Source: Paraphysomonas bandaiensis (Eukaryota; Protista; Chrysophyceae). Taken from it: a stretch of 64,000 nt of DNA. A program made the position numbers and the translations under genes. The stretch is taken from assembly GCA_965644295.1 (NCBI GenBank), contig CBFFRP010000152.1, positions 170,151 to 234,150 of the forward strand, in the 5' to 3' direction. The notes below the pieces were generated by a model that saw nothing but the letters and a program-made list of their open reading frames with translations, had not been told where the DNA came from and searched no databases. Below are positions 1 to 12,201 of the stretch, piece by piece (position 1 is the first letter of the stretch; every line of letters starts with the position of its first letter).

Positions 1-1970
1 GACTCACTTTTAAGTAGGCCATCAATTTTCTCTTCTGCCGACTTAACGATATCTTTGTACTCATTTAACGATTGTGTATGCGCAGCACTCATATCCCTAA
101 TTTGACATGTGAGTGCACTGTTTTCTGCATTTAATTGATCTAATAAATTTTGTTGAGCAGATTTATCTCTCTGCGCCGCGTCGCGGAATTCCTCAAGTTC
201 TGATGTCTTGAATTCTAAGCAGCTGTTGAGTTCGTCAACTCTCACCGCCAATTTCTCACAATCTTTCAAAGCATTGCTGTAGTTGTCCACATGATTCGCC
301 ACATCAGACTTCATCGACAGCATCTCTGAGCTCAACTGTCCACATCTTGCTACGACTTTCTCGTTTGTAGTCCTCAGTGCCACGATGGTTTTACTCAACT
401 CATCTTTGTCTGCTTCTGCCTCTCGCAATTGTTCAGATAGCTTCTCAATATGTTGCTCAGAGGCCTTGGCTGCACTGTCTAAACGAGATATCTCACTATC
501 TTTACTGGAACAAAGGGTGGATAACTCAGACACTTTAGACTCTGATACCATCAGTTGATCTTTTACCTCGGCGAGAGACTGTTCCACAACCTCTAGAGTT
601 TCACGTTGCATCGTATGCTGAGAAAGAATTTCAGTGTACGCATTTTCTGCAGCTTCTAAATCTCTACGTGCAGAATTACGACTTTCCTCAAGCTCAGTAT
701 TGACACAATCCAACGAATCAGACATTTCGAACATTTTCTTCTGAAGACTTTCGCGCTCAAGGTGCGCATTTTTACAATCCTCCGCAAGGGAAGAAACCGT
801 ATTTTGAAGGATTTTAATTTCGTCTGTCAGTTTATCGCATTTCTGCTTCGCTTCCATATTGACAGTTTTCAAATCCTCGATGGCTTTCTCATCATCAATA
901 CCACGAGAATGAGCCTCTTGCAATTGTTCAGATAGTTTCTCAATATGTTGCTCAGAGGCCTTGGCTGCACTGTCTAAACGAGATATCTCACTATCTTTAC
1001 TGGAACAAAGGGTGGATAACTCAGACACTTTAGACTCTGATACCATCAGTTGATCTTTTACCTCGGCGAGAGACTGTTCCACAACCTCTAGAGTTTCACG
1101 CTGCGTCGTATGCTGAGAAAGAAGCTCTTGATTTTGTTCTACAAGATTCTTTTCTCTAGAAACGCAGTCAGACAACTTTTGGTGCATCTCTCTCAATTCT
1201 ACATCAAATTTTTCGCGAAGCAGTTCTATTTCCTCTCTGTGTTTCTCTAGTTCCATGTGATATTTTGTTTCTGTCTCTTCCAAATGAGACTGTAAATCAG
1301 TGTATGACTGTTCAACTCTTAGTTTTTCATCAATCGCTTCAGCTTTATGTTTTTGGGACTGCTCCAATATCTCTTTGAGATAGTCAATCTCCTGTTCGAG
1401 TTCAAATCTGTCATGCATTTCTGATTCCCATTCAGAGCGCTGAGTCTCGAACTCCTCTTGTTGCTGTGTTAGGTGTAACTTAAGTGATTCAATTTCATGA
1501 TCTTTCTCTTCTTCAATGCGCTCTATTTCTTCATGTAGTCCTTGACAGTCAAGTTCCTTTCGGCGGAGCTTATCTGCTGCCCTCTGAGCTTTCTTGTCGA
1601 GCTTAGATTGCGCTTGCCTCCAGATTACTTCATGGTATTTCTCTTTAGACGAGTTGGATGAAAGAATGCGCTTGTATTGTTTTTCGACATTCTTGTACTT
1701 GAGTTGTATTCCGGCATATTCACTCAGCTTACGTTCTTGTTGTGCGATAGTCCTCTCAAGTGATCTTAACTGCTTATCTTTATCATTCAACTGAACATTA
1801 AGCTTCTTAACTTCTTTCTCAGCTTCAGTTGGAAGTCTTGATTCAATATTATGAGGATGAAGACAGGATGATGTACGAGAACGTTTGTTTCCTCTTGTTA
1901 TAGTGCCATTAGGGAGAGTGTTCTCTTTACAGATATGAGTCTTACTATTTCCAAGTTTAGGGGTCTGCAT
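1..1970 (-). CDS. Long coiled-coil protein (3' end lies beyond the left edge of the window)
   Basis: ATG at 1970-1968 (MQTPKLGNSKTHICKENTLPNG...EKEVKKLNVQLNDKDKQLRSLERTIAQQERKLSEY). E/K/Q/L-rich heptad sequence that appears open to base 1, which would explain its absence from the ORF track. Contains an internal repeat 495 bp apart. Confidence 0.8.
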   Translation of the reverse strand, partial: MQTPKLGNSKTHICKENTLPNGTITRGNKRSRTSSCLHPHNIESRLPTEAEKEVKKLNVQLNDKDKQLRSLERTIAQQERKLSEYAGIQLKYKNVEKQYKRILSSNSSKEKYHEVIWRQAQSKLDKKAQRAADKLRRKELDCQGLHEEIERIEEEKDHEIESLKLHLTQQQEEFETQRSEWESEMHDRFELEQEIDYLKEILEQSQKHKAEAIDEKLRVEQSYTDLQSHLEETETKYHMELEKHREEIELLREKFDVELREMHQKLSDCVSREKNLVEQNQELLSQHTTQRETLEVVEQSLAEVKDQLMVSESKVSELSTLCSSKDSEISRLDSAAKASEQHIEKLSEQLQEAHSRGIDDEKAIEDLKTVNMEAKQKCDKLTDEIKILQNTVSSLAEDCKNAHLERESLQKKMFEMSDSLDCVNTELEESRNSARRDLEAAENAYTEILSQHTMQRETLEVVEQSLAEVKDQLMVSESKVSELSTLCSSKDSEISRLDSAAKASEQHIEKLSEQLREAEADKDELSKTIVALRTTNEKVVARCGQLSSEMLSMKSDVANHVDNYSNALKDCEKLAVRVDELNSCLEFKTSELEEFRDAAQRDKSAQQNLLDQLNAENSALTCQIRDMSAAHTQSLNEYKDIVKSAEEKIDGLLKSE
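425..1123. repeat. Near-identical ~204-bp intragenic direct repeat (425-628 and 920-1123)
   Basis: gcaattgttcagatag...tgctgagaaagaa occurs twice, offset 495 bp (165 codons), so frame is preserved; only a few substitutions. Confidence 0.9.
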
Positions 1971-2525
1971 ATTATGTATGGTGAGATGAATGAGTTGTTT
2001 GATAGGGATGGGAAGGTTGAATGTAATGAACTGATATAAGTGTGGGTATATTAGCTATAGTTGTATAGGATAATAGTCCTTAATTGTAATGTATATCTGC
2101 TGTTGGATATATATATATATATAGATGCATGCATGGATGCATGATGCATGCATATGTATATAGTGCTGTGTTTAGAGGACATTAATATCAACGGATACAC
2201 TCCTTATCATCACGAGCAGCAGATACATATCTCTCTAATCTACACAGCAACTCTTATACAATCAAATCCGAAACTCATAAACTGAAAATATTTCTCTATC
2301 AATATTAAAAAAGTGAAACGATTATATATGGACAAATATATATATAACATACATACGCAGCTTATATATATATATACACACAGCTCTCCATGATATATAT
2401 ATAGAGAGAGAGACAATCAAGTTCCTCATTATCTCTACTATCATACATTAAAAACATACATTCAGCAATGCCGTATACAAATATATTAGATTTATTATCT
2501 TAACAACCACACGATCAAGCTTGTC

Positions 2526-5500
2526 ATGGGTAAGTAGACCTCCTCTCTCCCTCTCACTATATATAACTATATACATAGACTGCTTACGTATTGGTGATTA
2601 TATCACTTTAAAGACCCCTAAATATGATAGTTATCTCTTTGCTGATGGGATTCTTGTGGAAGATTTAGCAGTTGCGGAGACTAATAAAATTCTTGCATTT
2701 GAAGAGGCCTTATTTTGTATTCACTATCCTCGTCAATATTCTGCAGCAAGAGAGTTAGAAGAATTCACTGAATCAAATCTTATTGCTGAAGGAACTATAT
2801 CAAAAGATAAGACTACTGAAAAATATATGGCTGCATTGAGGGTAATAGTCCATATGTATGATGTCTGTTTACTGAAAATTACATATCCAGAGGGGCCGAG
2901 ACAATGAAAATAAGCTCAATGACAATTATATGGCTCAGAAAATTGGCACACCAATACAGTTTGGTGATGTCATCCAGGTAGGTGCCATATATGTTCATAG
3001 TTTATCGTATTGGTTATGGTTCTGTAGCTCCTTCATGTGAAGTCGGGAAAGTTTATGACAGTAATTCCCGACCGCCTAGCCTCCCATGAAAGAGAAAACA
3101 TGGTTGTGTCTTTGAGTGAAACTGGTAACTCATATTCCTGGCTTCAAATCCAGCCTCGATATAAAATAGATCGTGAAGGAGACAAGGTTCTCACTGGAAC
3201 TGAAGTACTACTAAAGGTGTCCGAGCGGCCGAACGAATACGTTCATTGCTCTGACCGCACCCCCCCGAAAGGAGCATTGAGAGAAATCAACTGCTCATTG
3301 GAAACGTCGTCTTGGAAGTTGTCTGCTTTTCAGACCGTAAAAGATGCATCAGATAAAAATCTTTTGCTTATATCTCAACTTGTGGTGATACATGACCCGG
3401 AGACACGATCCAATATCCAAGTTGTAGAAACTGAATCCAAAAATGGGAAGCCTTCATATGGCATAGCTATACAGCCAGTACATGCTAGTGGGGAGTTAGA
3501 CTCAATGGCTCTATGGGTATTGGAGTCCAAAAGTGTGGTACAGGGGGGAACAATTCAATGGAAGTCGGACTATATACGCTTCAGAAATCTGAATACTGGA
3601 AAGTACCTCATGCTCAAGTCAGACAAGAAGTCCTCCGGAGATAAGAGTGTGAAGTATGAACTGGGAGTGGCGGACTCTCTTCATTCCAGTGGCACTCTCT
3701 TTACCTTACACGAGATGTATGGGCAAAGCTTATTTCTCTCGAATGCCAAAGCCATGCAGATGTGCCAAAACAACATGTATATCGAAAGGGGAGAATATTC
3801 GGACGAAGATGGAACTTTCCTATCCAGCGCGACGAAAGACAAGAGTCGTGCTGTGAGTTTGCTTATTCACCGTTATGTTCAGGTGCTGAAAAGGAACCAG
3901 ACAGAAGTTGGTGAGGTGATTGTAGAGAAGCAGGACTACAGTAGCACTATAGAAGAGCCGCTGGATGTCTATGTGGGTGTTACTGCCCGTAAGTACCTCA
4001 CCCACTACATCGAGAACATGGTCGTGCCTACTTTCGAGTTTTCTGCTGGGACTCTCTGGCCTGGCTCAGATAGATCTACATTTTATGAGGTGTCTTCGGT
4101 TCTGAAGAAAATACTACTCTTTGTTCGAGGTCTCAAAGTGTCAGAAGAGCTAGAAGCACAGTTAGGAATCGACTCTGCCAATGTACGAACTAACTTTCGT
4201 CGAGCACGGCAAGCGATGGCTCTTGAACAAGGAGTGGTGACGAATATTCTCCTCATGCTAGAACGCCTCATTCCACTTTCTGCACGATTAGATGCCTCGG
4301 GTATGAGTTCGAAGTCTTTTGCGTCGAAGTCAGATGAAGAAAAGTCTGTACTGCGCATATGTGAGGTGATCGTATCACAGTGTTTTACGCTTTTGTATCA
4401 CTGTATTGAGGGGAACCCGAGGACTCAGATTGCTGTGGCGGATTCGATGCCTGTTTTGTTGGCCTATGTAGCGACGCAGCAGTACGCCGCCAAGTGTGTT
4501 ACGGAGATGCTCTCAACCAACATGGAGTTACAGGAAACGAAAATTGGAGAGAGGGAAATAAAGATATTTACAGAGAAATTGAGGTCATCCAAAATGAATT
4601 CCATGTATCTCAATTTATTGAAGTCGTGCTGTTCTTGCATGGGTAAACCCATTGATGGTAACCAGGGTGTTGTTGCTGAAGTTCTTTTTGAAGATACGAG
4701 CGATATCATCATTCAAGTCCACCCGGACATGGTGCGGATCAACCGAGTGGTTTGGGACTCTACAGGAACCTCTCTTTTTATCCCTGCCCAGCCTGAACCG
4801 GGATCACCCATGTTAGGTTCCGAATTGCTGGAGCGAGGGATCCCTAACCTGTCATTGTCGTGGACAACAAAGTCCATTGACTACTCCCCACTGGGGCTTT
4901 TTGGAAAATTATCGGTGAACATTCAGGACTTGTATCCTGGTAAATCTCAAGGTTCAAATTTTACCGAATCTGAAGAATGGCTCATTCAAAAGCGCCCACA
5001 AGGGAAGGGCACAATGGCACAATCTCAGAAGCAGGCGGTAGCAGATTACTTTATCGCAGAACTATATCTAGCTGCTGAGATGTGTTTAGGAAGAAATTAC
5101 GTCGCAATGCAGAATCTGGAGTCGCTTTTTACTTATAATACACTGGTGACAATGATGAAAATGAATGCTAGCGAAGCTCTAAAAGCCGCTGCAACCCGAC
5201 TTATGCTCTGCCTCTATGTTGACAGAGAACCTCAGATTATCACCACAGTGCCTTGTCTCACTAGATCTTGGAGCGAAATTGCCAAATCAGGCGTTCCGCA
5301 GCTTCCGTATGTCGAAGTCGCCAGAAAGAACCAATTTTCCCTCTTACAGCAAATGATATCGGAGCACATTAGGGATATGAAGGGAAGACGGTGGGAAGAG
5401 CTGTCGGTGTCAATGATGCTTCTACTAAAATACCTCATCATGTTCAACTTCTATGGGACGAAAGAAAAGCTGCAAGATGTCATCGAGCCAATCATAGATG

Positions 5501-8500
5501 CTATTGATCGAAGAGGCATTAAAGTTGATGACGGCGTGGACGCAATTATGGAAGCAATGGCCGCAGCCGCGCGTGGAAAGCGCAAAGGAAAAAAAAACAA
5601 GAAGTTAACAGACTCATCGTCCAAATACACCCTGGAAGGTACTAGTTTTGAAGACCTCTCAAAGTATGAGGAGGGAAAGGAGTCAATGACAAACATGGAT
5701 CAATCAGAGGTTTTAAAAGAAGAAGAAGAACAAGGAGAACCAAAGGTTAATGAGAACTCTTGGCAAGCCCAGACACTGAATTTATTGGAATCTTTACCTG
5801 TGATGACTTTTGTCATTGTATTGGTCTTGGTTGCAATTGCAGTTGCAATCGTTGAAGCTCTGACAAGTACAAATGAATGGGAGTATTACGTATTCGACTT
5901 AATTGTCACATCTATCTTTTGTTTTGAAGTAACTCTGCGCTTCTATTGCTTCGTATATGTGAACAACTCTGCTCTCCAATTTTTTGCGAATGTGTTGAAT
6001 GACATCGATGTGGTTGTCGTTATTATTGATTTGGTGATTATTGGTCAACCGAGTGCTGATAGCGGCGGGGCGCAATTTGTGAAAGCTTTGCGCGCAGCTC
6101 GACTGATTCGCCTAATTCGAGTGTTTCGTGCAGCGAGAATTGTACAAAAGCTGAAAGACATGACGGCAAAGACGTATGATGCCTGGAAAATGCCTGTCCG
6201 ATATTTGAAAACGCCAAAGCATGAACTCGAAACTATGGTTGAAAGTGTGAATATATTGTCGTACATCCAACAGATTATTGAGGATCGAAACTTATCTCTA
6301 CTACTGCAAGGATTCCAGAGGTGGCAATGTGGAGATGATAAAAGAACCCCTGGTGAAATATTTGAAGATGTTATTGCTCAATCACAGGACTTAACTTTGG
6401 GTTGTGAGAAGTTTGATGCAGTCTTTATTGATATTTTAATGTTTGTTCACACCGACTTGGTACAAGTCGCTTTGGATGTACTTATGGCTCACCATTCAGC
6501 TAGAAATTTACTTTTTGTCAATGCCCAGAAGTTGCAACTACTAATATCACCTCAGCGGGAGCGCCAGCTGAAGACAATTCGCAATATGCTCCAGGAACTC
6601 GAACGGAACGCTGAAACACATGAGCTTTGGGGAGAATTGCAGAGTGAAGAAGACCACAGAGTCAATCGGCAAACTTTTGAGCATATGAGTGAGTTAGTTC
6701 AAATGTGTCGCATTCAATGTACTGAATTAGAATTCGATGAAAAATTCTCCGCTGATAGAGATATTCAAAATTTGCTTCGTAATTTGGGATTCTTTGATGC
6801 TGCACTGAAGATACTGGGGCTTTTACCAGCTGTAAAAAATGTCAGCGAAGACGAAGAAGATGAAGTTTCAAAGAATACAAGAAGTTTGATAAGAAATTGC
6901 AATGAACTTTTATATTGGTTCTTTAACGATAATACTGAAAACCAGGCCCTTGGATTCAATGAACTCAATTTCTTCTTGCATTCTCTGGACATGCGCATAA
7001 ATAGCCACCATGTTATTCATGCAATCTTCAAAAACAATGAACACCTCATGCGTCAATGTCCTCGCGAATTGATTGAAGAGTACTCTGAGCGTGTGTGCAA
7101 ATCGGGTAGACACCCCCAGTATCTGGCGATTCTATCATCTGTTACACATGTCAAAGATAAAAACATACTCGAGAACCAGTACGAGATTGTGAAACACCTT
7201 ATGGCTCCAGGAAGAATGAAGAAGATGGTGAGATTCTGTGGTGGAAGAGAAAATCCAGAGTACGAAGAACGTGTCGAGTTGATGAAGCCGTTTTTAAACA
7301 AGAAAGATGTCAGCCTAGATGAGCTTCCCAACGAGCTGTCCTATCATTTGGAGTTTCTCCGTGTTCTGTCCGGGTGTACAGTTGGGCGCATCAATATCAC
7401 CACCGTGGAAGCCAAAGTACAATCAGTGTATTCATATACTGGTATTCTTGAAGCTTTAATGGACCCGAGAACTATCGACCTCGCTAAAACCCGTCTGGCA
7501 CTACTGTTTTTTAACGCAATGATCGAAGTCGAAATCAATATTGGTGGTTTGGGTGTTGATCCTATGGTGTGGGATTTTATCAAGAGTACAAAAGGTATAT
7601 TTAAAAAGGCAATAACTGATCTGAAAGCGGTAGAGGAGCATGGCTGGGAAGGAAGCGCTGTAAACAGACAAAGTATTGAATATGTTATTGTTTGCGTCAT
7701 GATTTTATCTGGTTTTTTTATGAAGTACTTTGATTTGTCGAACTTTGAGTCGTTTTCTCGAGATGATAAACCTACGTTGACTATGGACGAAGTACAGGAT
7801 ATTATGACGGGGGTGTTTACACAGCTATACGCCGTAAATGAAATGAAGTGCAAATGTCTTACCGCTAGTCAACACTTTTACATCGCCAACGCTCTCGATT
7901 CAATGCGCAGATATTCTCCAAAATTGACCTCCCTATACCCAGAGATAATTGTTGGAAAGAACGATGGGGAAGATGATGCGAATGACGATTCCGTAGCTTT
8001 AGCAACTGCTGCAGACTTGGAAGAGTCGATTGATGTGAAAATATCGCGTCAGTTTGAGTCGTTTGTTAGCCAATTGGTAGAGGACGAAAATACAAAACAC
8101 GCCATCAAAACCGAAAACCACAAGTTTGTGGAGTACATTGATTCTTTACCATTCGTAGCCGACAGTTGTGTATCTGATGTCAGATACGAAGCTCTGATAA
8201 AAAAGCTCGTTGTGCATGTCCGTGATCGCCTCGAAACAGTTGGTACTGAGAAGCGATTAGACGCTCGTTGTACACAAACTACTACGTGGATAATTCGATC
8301 GTTCCGCACAATGATAGAAAAGCGTTGGGGAATGAGTATATATGAACGGGATGAAGATGGAGGCGAGGAAGAAGATATCGCTGCCGCTCCTGTTGTTAAT
8401 GCTCTGAATAGTTGCGGTGCAACTACACTCTGCTTAGATCTGATAAGTGTCGGTATCGACTCCGGCCTCATGCTGGAATCAATGAAGCTATGCGTCGCCA

Positions 8501-11370
8501 TGCTCTTTTTAGAAGGAGGAAACTTGCCAGTACAGAAAACTATGTATGCATACCTCAAAAACACGAAGTCTGACTTGTTTTTTCAACAACTCCGCAATTC
8601 CATTCAGAAATTGATTAATTGGCACAAATGGCACGATGTGATTGTTCTTGAAGAAGATCAAGAAGTGGAGCTTCCAGAAGATATCATAGTGGTACGTTTT
8701 TTGCAGTTAATGTGTGAGGGACACTACCAGCCCAACCAGGATATCATGCGGGAACAACCCTCGAATACGATTTCCATCAATCTTCTAGATGATTTTGTCC
8801 AGTATTTGAATTGTGTGAGTAGGATTCCTTGCCGAACGAGTACTGATGCCGCGAGCCGTGTTTCAGCAACGATCTTGGAGGTGATACAAGGTCCCTGTGA
8901 GCAGAACCAAGAGCACTTCGCTTTACATACGGAATTAATTGAAACTCTAAATCGCATATTACGAGCCAAAACTATTCGTGACTGTGATGAAGATGCGGAG
9001 GTAGACTTGAAGAAAACAGCAATCGACATTCTACAGGGCTTACTGGAAGGGCAGGGTGGGAAAACAACTGTATATGACCGCGTACTCAGTGTCGTACATC
9101 TGGACGCGATTCAAATGATGTGCCAACCGGAGAGTAAGAAACTTCTGGATGGCGACGAAGAACAGGAGAAAGAAGAGAGTGAAGAGGTAGTTGTTCTGCG
9201 GGTCGAGTGCCTAGTGCTGCTTCAGATGCTGTGCGACTACAGACCAGCTTTGCGCGAAGAGCTGGAGTTATCTTCTGATAAGATTGCAGTGAAAGGGGTT
9301 GGTGTGGCGAGCGTGGAGATTTTGTGGTCAGGAGAACTACAGCGAAGGTTCTTTCACGTTCCGAAGATATGTGACGATCTAGCAAAGGCCTCAAAAGATG
9401 CACTTGTAGAATATGTGGACAGGAGTAACCAAGAAAATAAGTTATTGGATTTTTTGCTTCGATCCCGTGAGCTCTATCGCGAGATCAAGCACCAGCAAGT
9501 GTTAAAGGAGTACAAAGTGAGTGGTATATTTAGTCGTTCGAATCAAGATAGGGCAACGTGGTTGTCTCTATTTTTAGCCGTTGTGATCAATGCTGTGCTT
9601 ATATACGACTACCGACTTGAAGATGGTGAACCCTATCTGTCTCCCAATATTGCGACTACAGTGGATGCGCTTAACATATTCCAGATTGCATTTTCGAGCT
9701 TCACTCTTGTTCTATTTTTAGTCGTTCGTGTGCCGGTGAAGTACCAATCGAATCTAGCTGCCGGAATGGATCAGTTTCGAACTGTACTGTTCACGTGCAC
9801 AGATCCCATGACGATGTATTATTTTTTTTATTTACTGATGTCAATATTCGGTTACAATATCAGCTATTTCTTCTTGACAATTTTGCTCCTTGATATTCTA
9901 GTTAAGAACTCCACAGCAAGAGACATTCTGATGGCGGTGGTTTTCCCTCGTAAGCAGTTGGCAATGACATTTGTACTGACTCTATTTGTCGTGTACATAT
10001 TTGCTTTTATCATCGTAAGTAGTGATTGTCAATTTGTCTTTATTTTATCTTACTTGTTGTATTAGTTTTTCAACTTTCGCGATGAATTTTCTCCCGACCG
10101 TCGGCACGATGACTGCAAGAATTTATTCAGTTGCTATAAAATCACTCTCGGAAATGCACTGCGATCACCTGGCGGTATTGGCGACTTCATGCAACATGAC
10201 CTGGAGTATCGTTATATTGTAGACACACTGTACTTTGTCATCGTTCTAATTGTATTGCTCAATGTGATGTTTGGTATTGTTATCGACACATTTGGTAATC
10301 TGCGAACAACCAAGGCAGAGAGACAAGCGGACACTACTGGTGTGTGTTTTATTTGTGGTATTGATAAACAAATTTTTGATCGTGCAGCTGATGGGGTAAA
10401 GGGGTTCCATGACCATATAAAGTCTGATCACAACATGTGGAACTACTTGTATTTCATTATTTACATATGGGAGCAGGACAAAGATGATGATGATGGTTTA
10501 GAGCAGTTTGTGCGTCGCAGTATTGAAGTCAACGATATTAACTGGTTTCCAATGAATCGTGCGATGCGGCTCAGTGTCACGGAGAGTTCTGAGGATGAGC
10601 TACTGAAGGAACTGAAGGAGGATGTCGTTGCAGCTGACAACAAGATGACCCAGAAGCTCGCCGCTTTTCAGGCCGAAATAGCAACTACTCTGGATGAGAT
10701 TGCTAAGAGTGTTATAACTCCTGTGGGAGGTGACGAGAGTTTGTCAGGAGTACCTTCTCCTGACCGTCTCAATTCAGTCATGGCTCGCACCCAGGACTTT
10801 ATTGACGAGATGGTAGTTGAGGCTCGCTTGAGTGGAATTCTTCCCGAGGGAGACCAACTTGGGCTGTCGATGGATATTAGGCGTGGTGCATCGAATGCCC
10901 TGAAGGATATGGATGACTTTTCCGAATCCACACAACATAAAAATCCCAGGTACTGGAAGAAGCTCAAACTTAAAGTGATTGATATACAGGGGTTGTCATT
11001 ACCTGAAAAGGATATGGAAGGGGTGTCTTGTCGTGTGATTTGCGACAGTGGAATGTTTTCGGTGTCGTCAGCACAGGTCATTGGGGACAAAGTTTTATTT
11101 GAACCGGAAGAAGTGTCGATATGTGAACGCGCTGGACTGGATGACAACCGATCCCTACGTATCCAGATTTTGCAAGGGTCCGGTCGAATTGCAAAATTCA
11201 TTAGTATTGTGGATATATCGTATGAAGACTTGATTGCCTCTACTGATCTCGTGTACGAAAAGGTGTTTACCCAACCCGACAACCCCAAGCCCTGCGTGCT
11301 CTCTATCTATCCCATGGCAACGGATGTCGCATCAGATAGCACTGCTGGTCTTGACCATGGTTCTCTATAA
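2526..11370 (+). CDS. ITPR: Inositol 1,4,5-trisphosphate receptor-like Ca2+ release channel (~2881 aa) with an inserted voltage-sensor domain and a C-terminal C2-like domain. Exons 2526-2529, 2579-2841, 2891-2977, 3028-10014, 10066-11370
   Basis: Spliced N-terminus MDCLRIGDYITLK...FGDVIQLLHVKSGKF (IP3R beta-trefoil), MIR-type IRFRNLNTGKYL, RIH-associated RFLQLMCEGH...EVIQGPC.QNQ, six-TM pore with filter GGIGD and S6 LLNVMFGIVIDTF, CFICG...HIKSDHNMWNYLYF zinc finger. All four introns are GT-AG and keep frame. Confidence 0.95.
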
Positions 11371-11750
11371 GTTGGATGAAATATGTGATGTTAGTGTGTG
11401 TTATTGTAGTTGCATATTGTAGTGTTCCGGGATTAAACGTTCAGTAAACGATAAGTAAGTATCTTGACAAGTAATATTATAGAATATGTTACCTCTCGCA
11501 ATATATATATTAAGTATTTCAAATGACTACAGCCAACACGTAGTGTACATATGGATACCACCCAGTTTCATAACAACGAAATCACTGGAGATGTAAACTA
11601 ATCAAGAGCTGGCACTCCTTTATTTCATGAAAACAGATATTTTAACAGTAGGTCTATAGAATATTCAGAATGGTATATAGTATATAGGAAAACGACAACA
11701 CGGTGAAGCTCGGTGTCATTTTTTAACCTACATCGGTGGGTCGAATTTAG

Positions 11751-12035
11751 TACCTATAGGTCGCTCGACCTACCTATAGGTCCATCGCAGGTACCTAATA
11801 GGTACCTACCTAATAGGTACCCACCTATAGGCATGCCTAAGGACCCTACCTATAGGTAGGTACCTAGCTGTCACTACCTATAGGTATACCTAGCTACCCT
11901 GCCTATAGGTGATAAGAGTTAGGCACCTACCTATAGGTACCTCAAGTCCCACCTATAGGTATCGAAGGATTAGGTACTATCTATAGGTAGTGCTACTCGT
12001 TGCCTATAGGTATAAGACGAAAGACCTGTAGGTAC
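11751..12035. repeat. Left subterminal array of palindromic ACCTATAGGT motifs
   Basis: About a dozen perfect or degenerate (A)CCTATAGG(T) copies at irregular spacing. Confidence 0.9.
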
Positions 12036-12201
12036 CTGAGTTTTGAACCATCAGATGTTGTTTTAAGTTTCACAATGTACATAGGCAAGCAACACAGCGG
12101 TGAATAGTATAATATATCTTTTTTTGTTATATATTATTATTACTAAACAAGTATGGCTGTGCATTCTATGATCATAATCAATAATAAGCGCGCAACATTA
12201 A

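Noticed and set aside
2521-10065. ORFs 2521-2907, 3037-10065 and 10189-11370 as separate genes
   Set aside because: They join through GT-AG introns into one IP3R reading frame.
3656-11422. Many antisense or alternative-frame ORFs over the IP3R (likewise over FIG4 and the LINE)
   Set aside because: Shadows of long real CDSs with no independent motifs.
11751-12035. CRISPR-like repeat array
   Set aside because: 10-bp motifs at irregular spacing, mirrored at the other transposon end; eukaryotic context and no cas genes.
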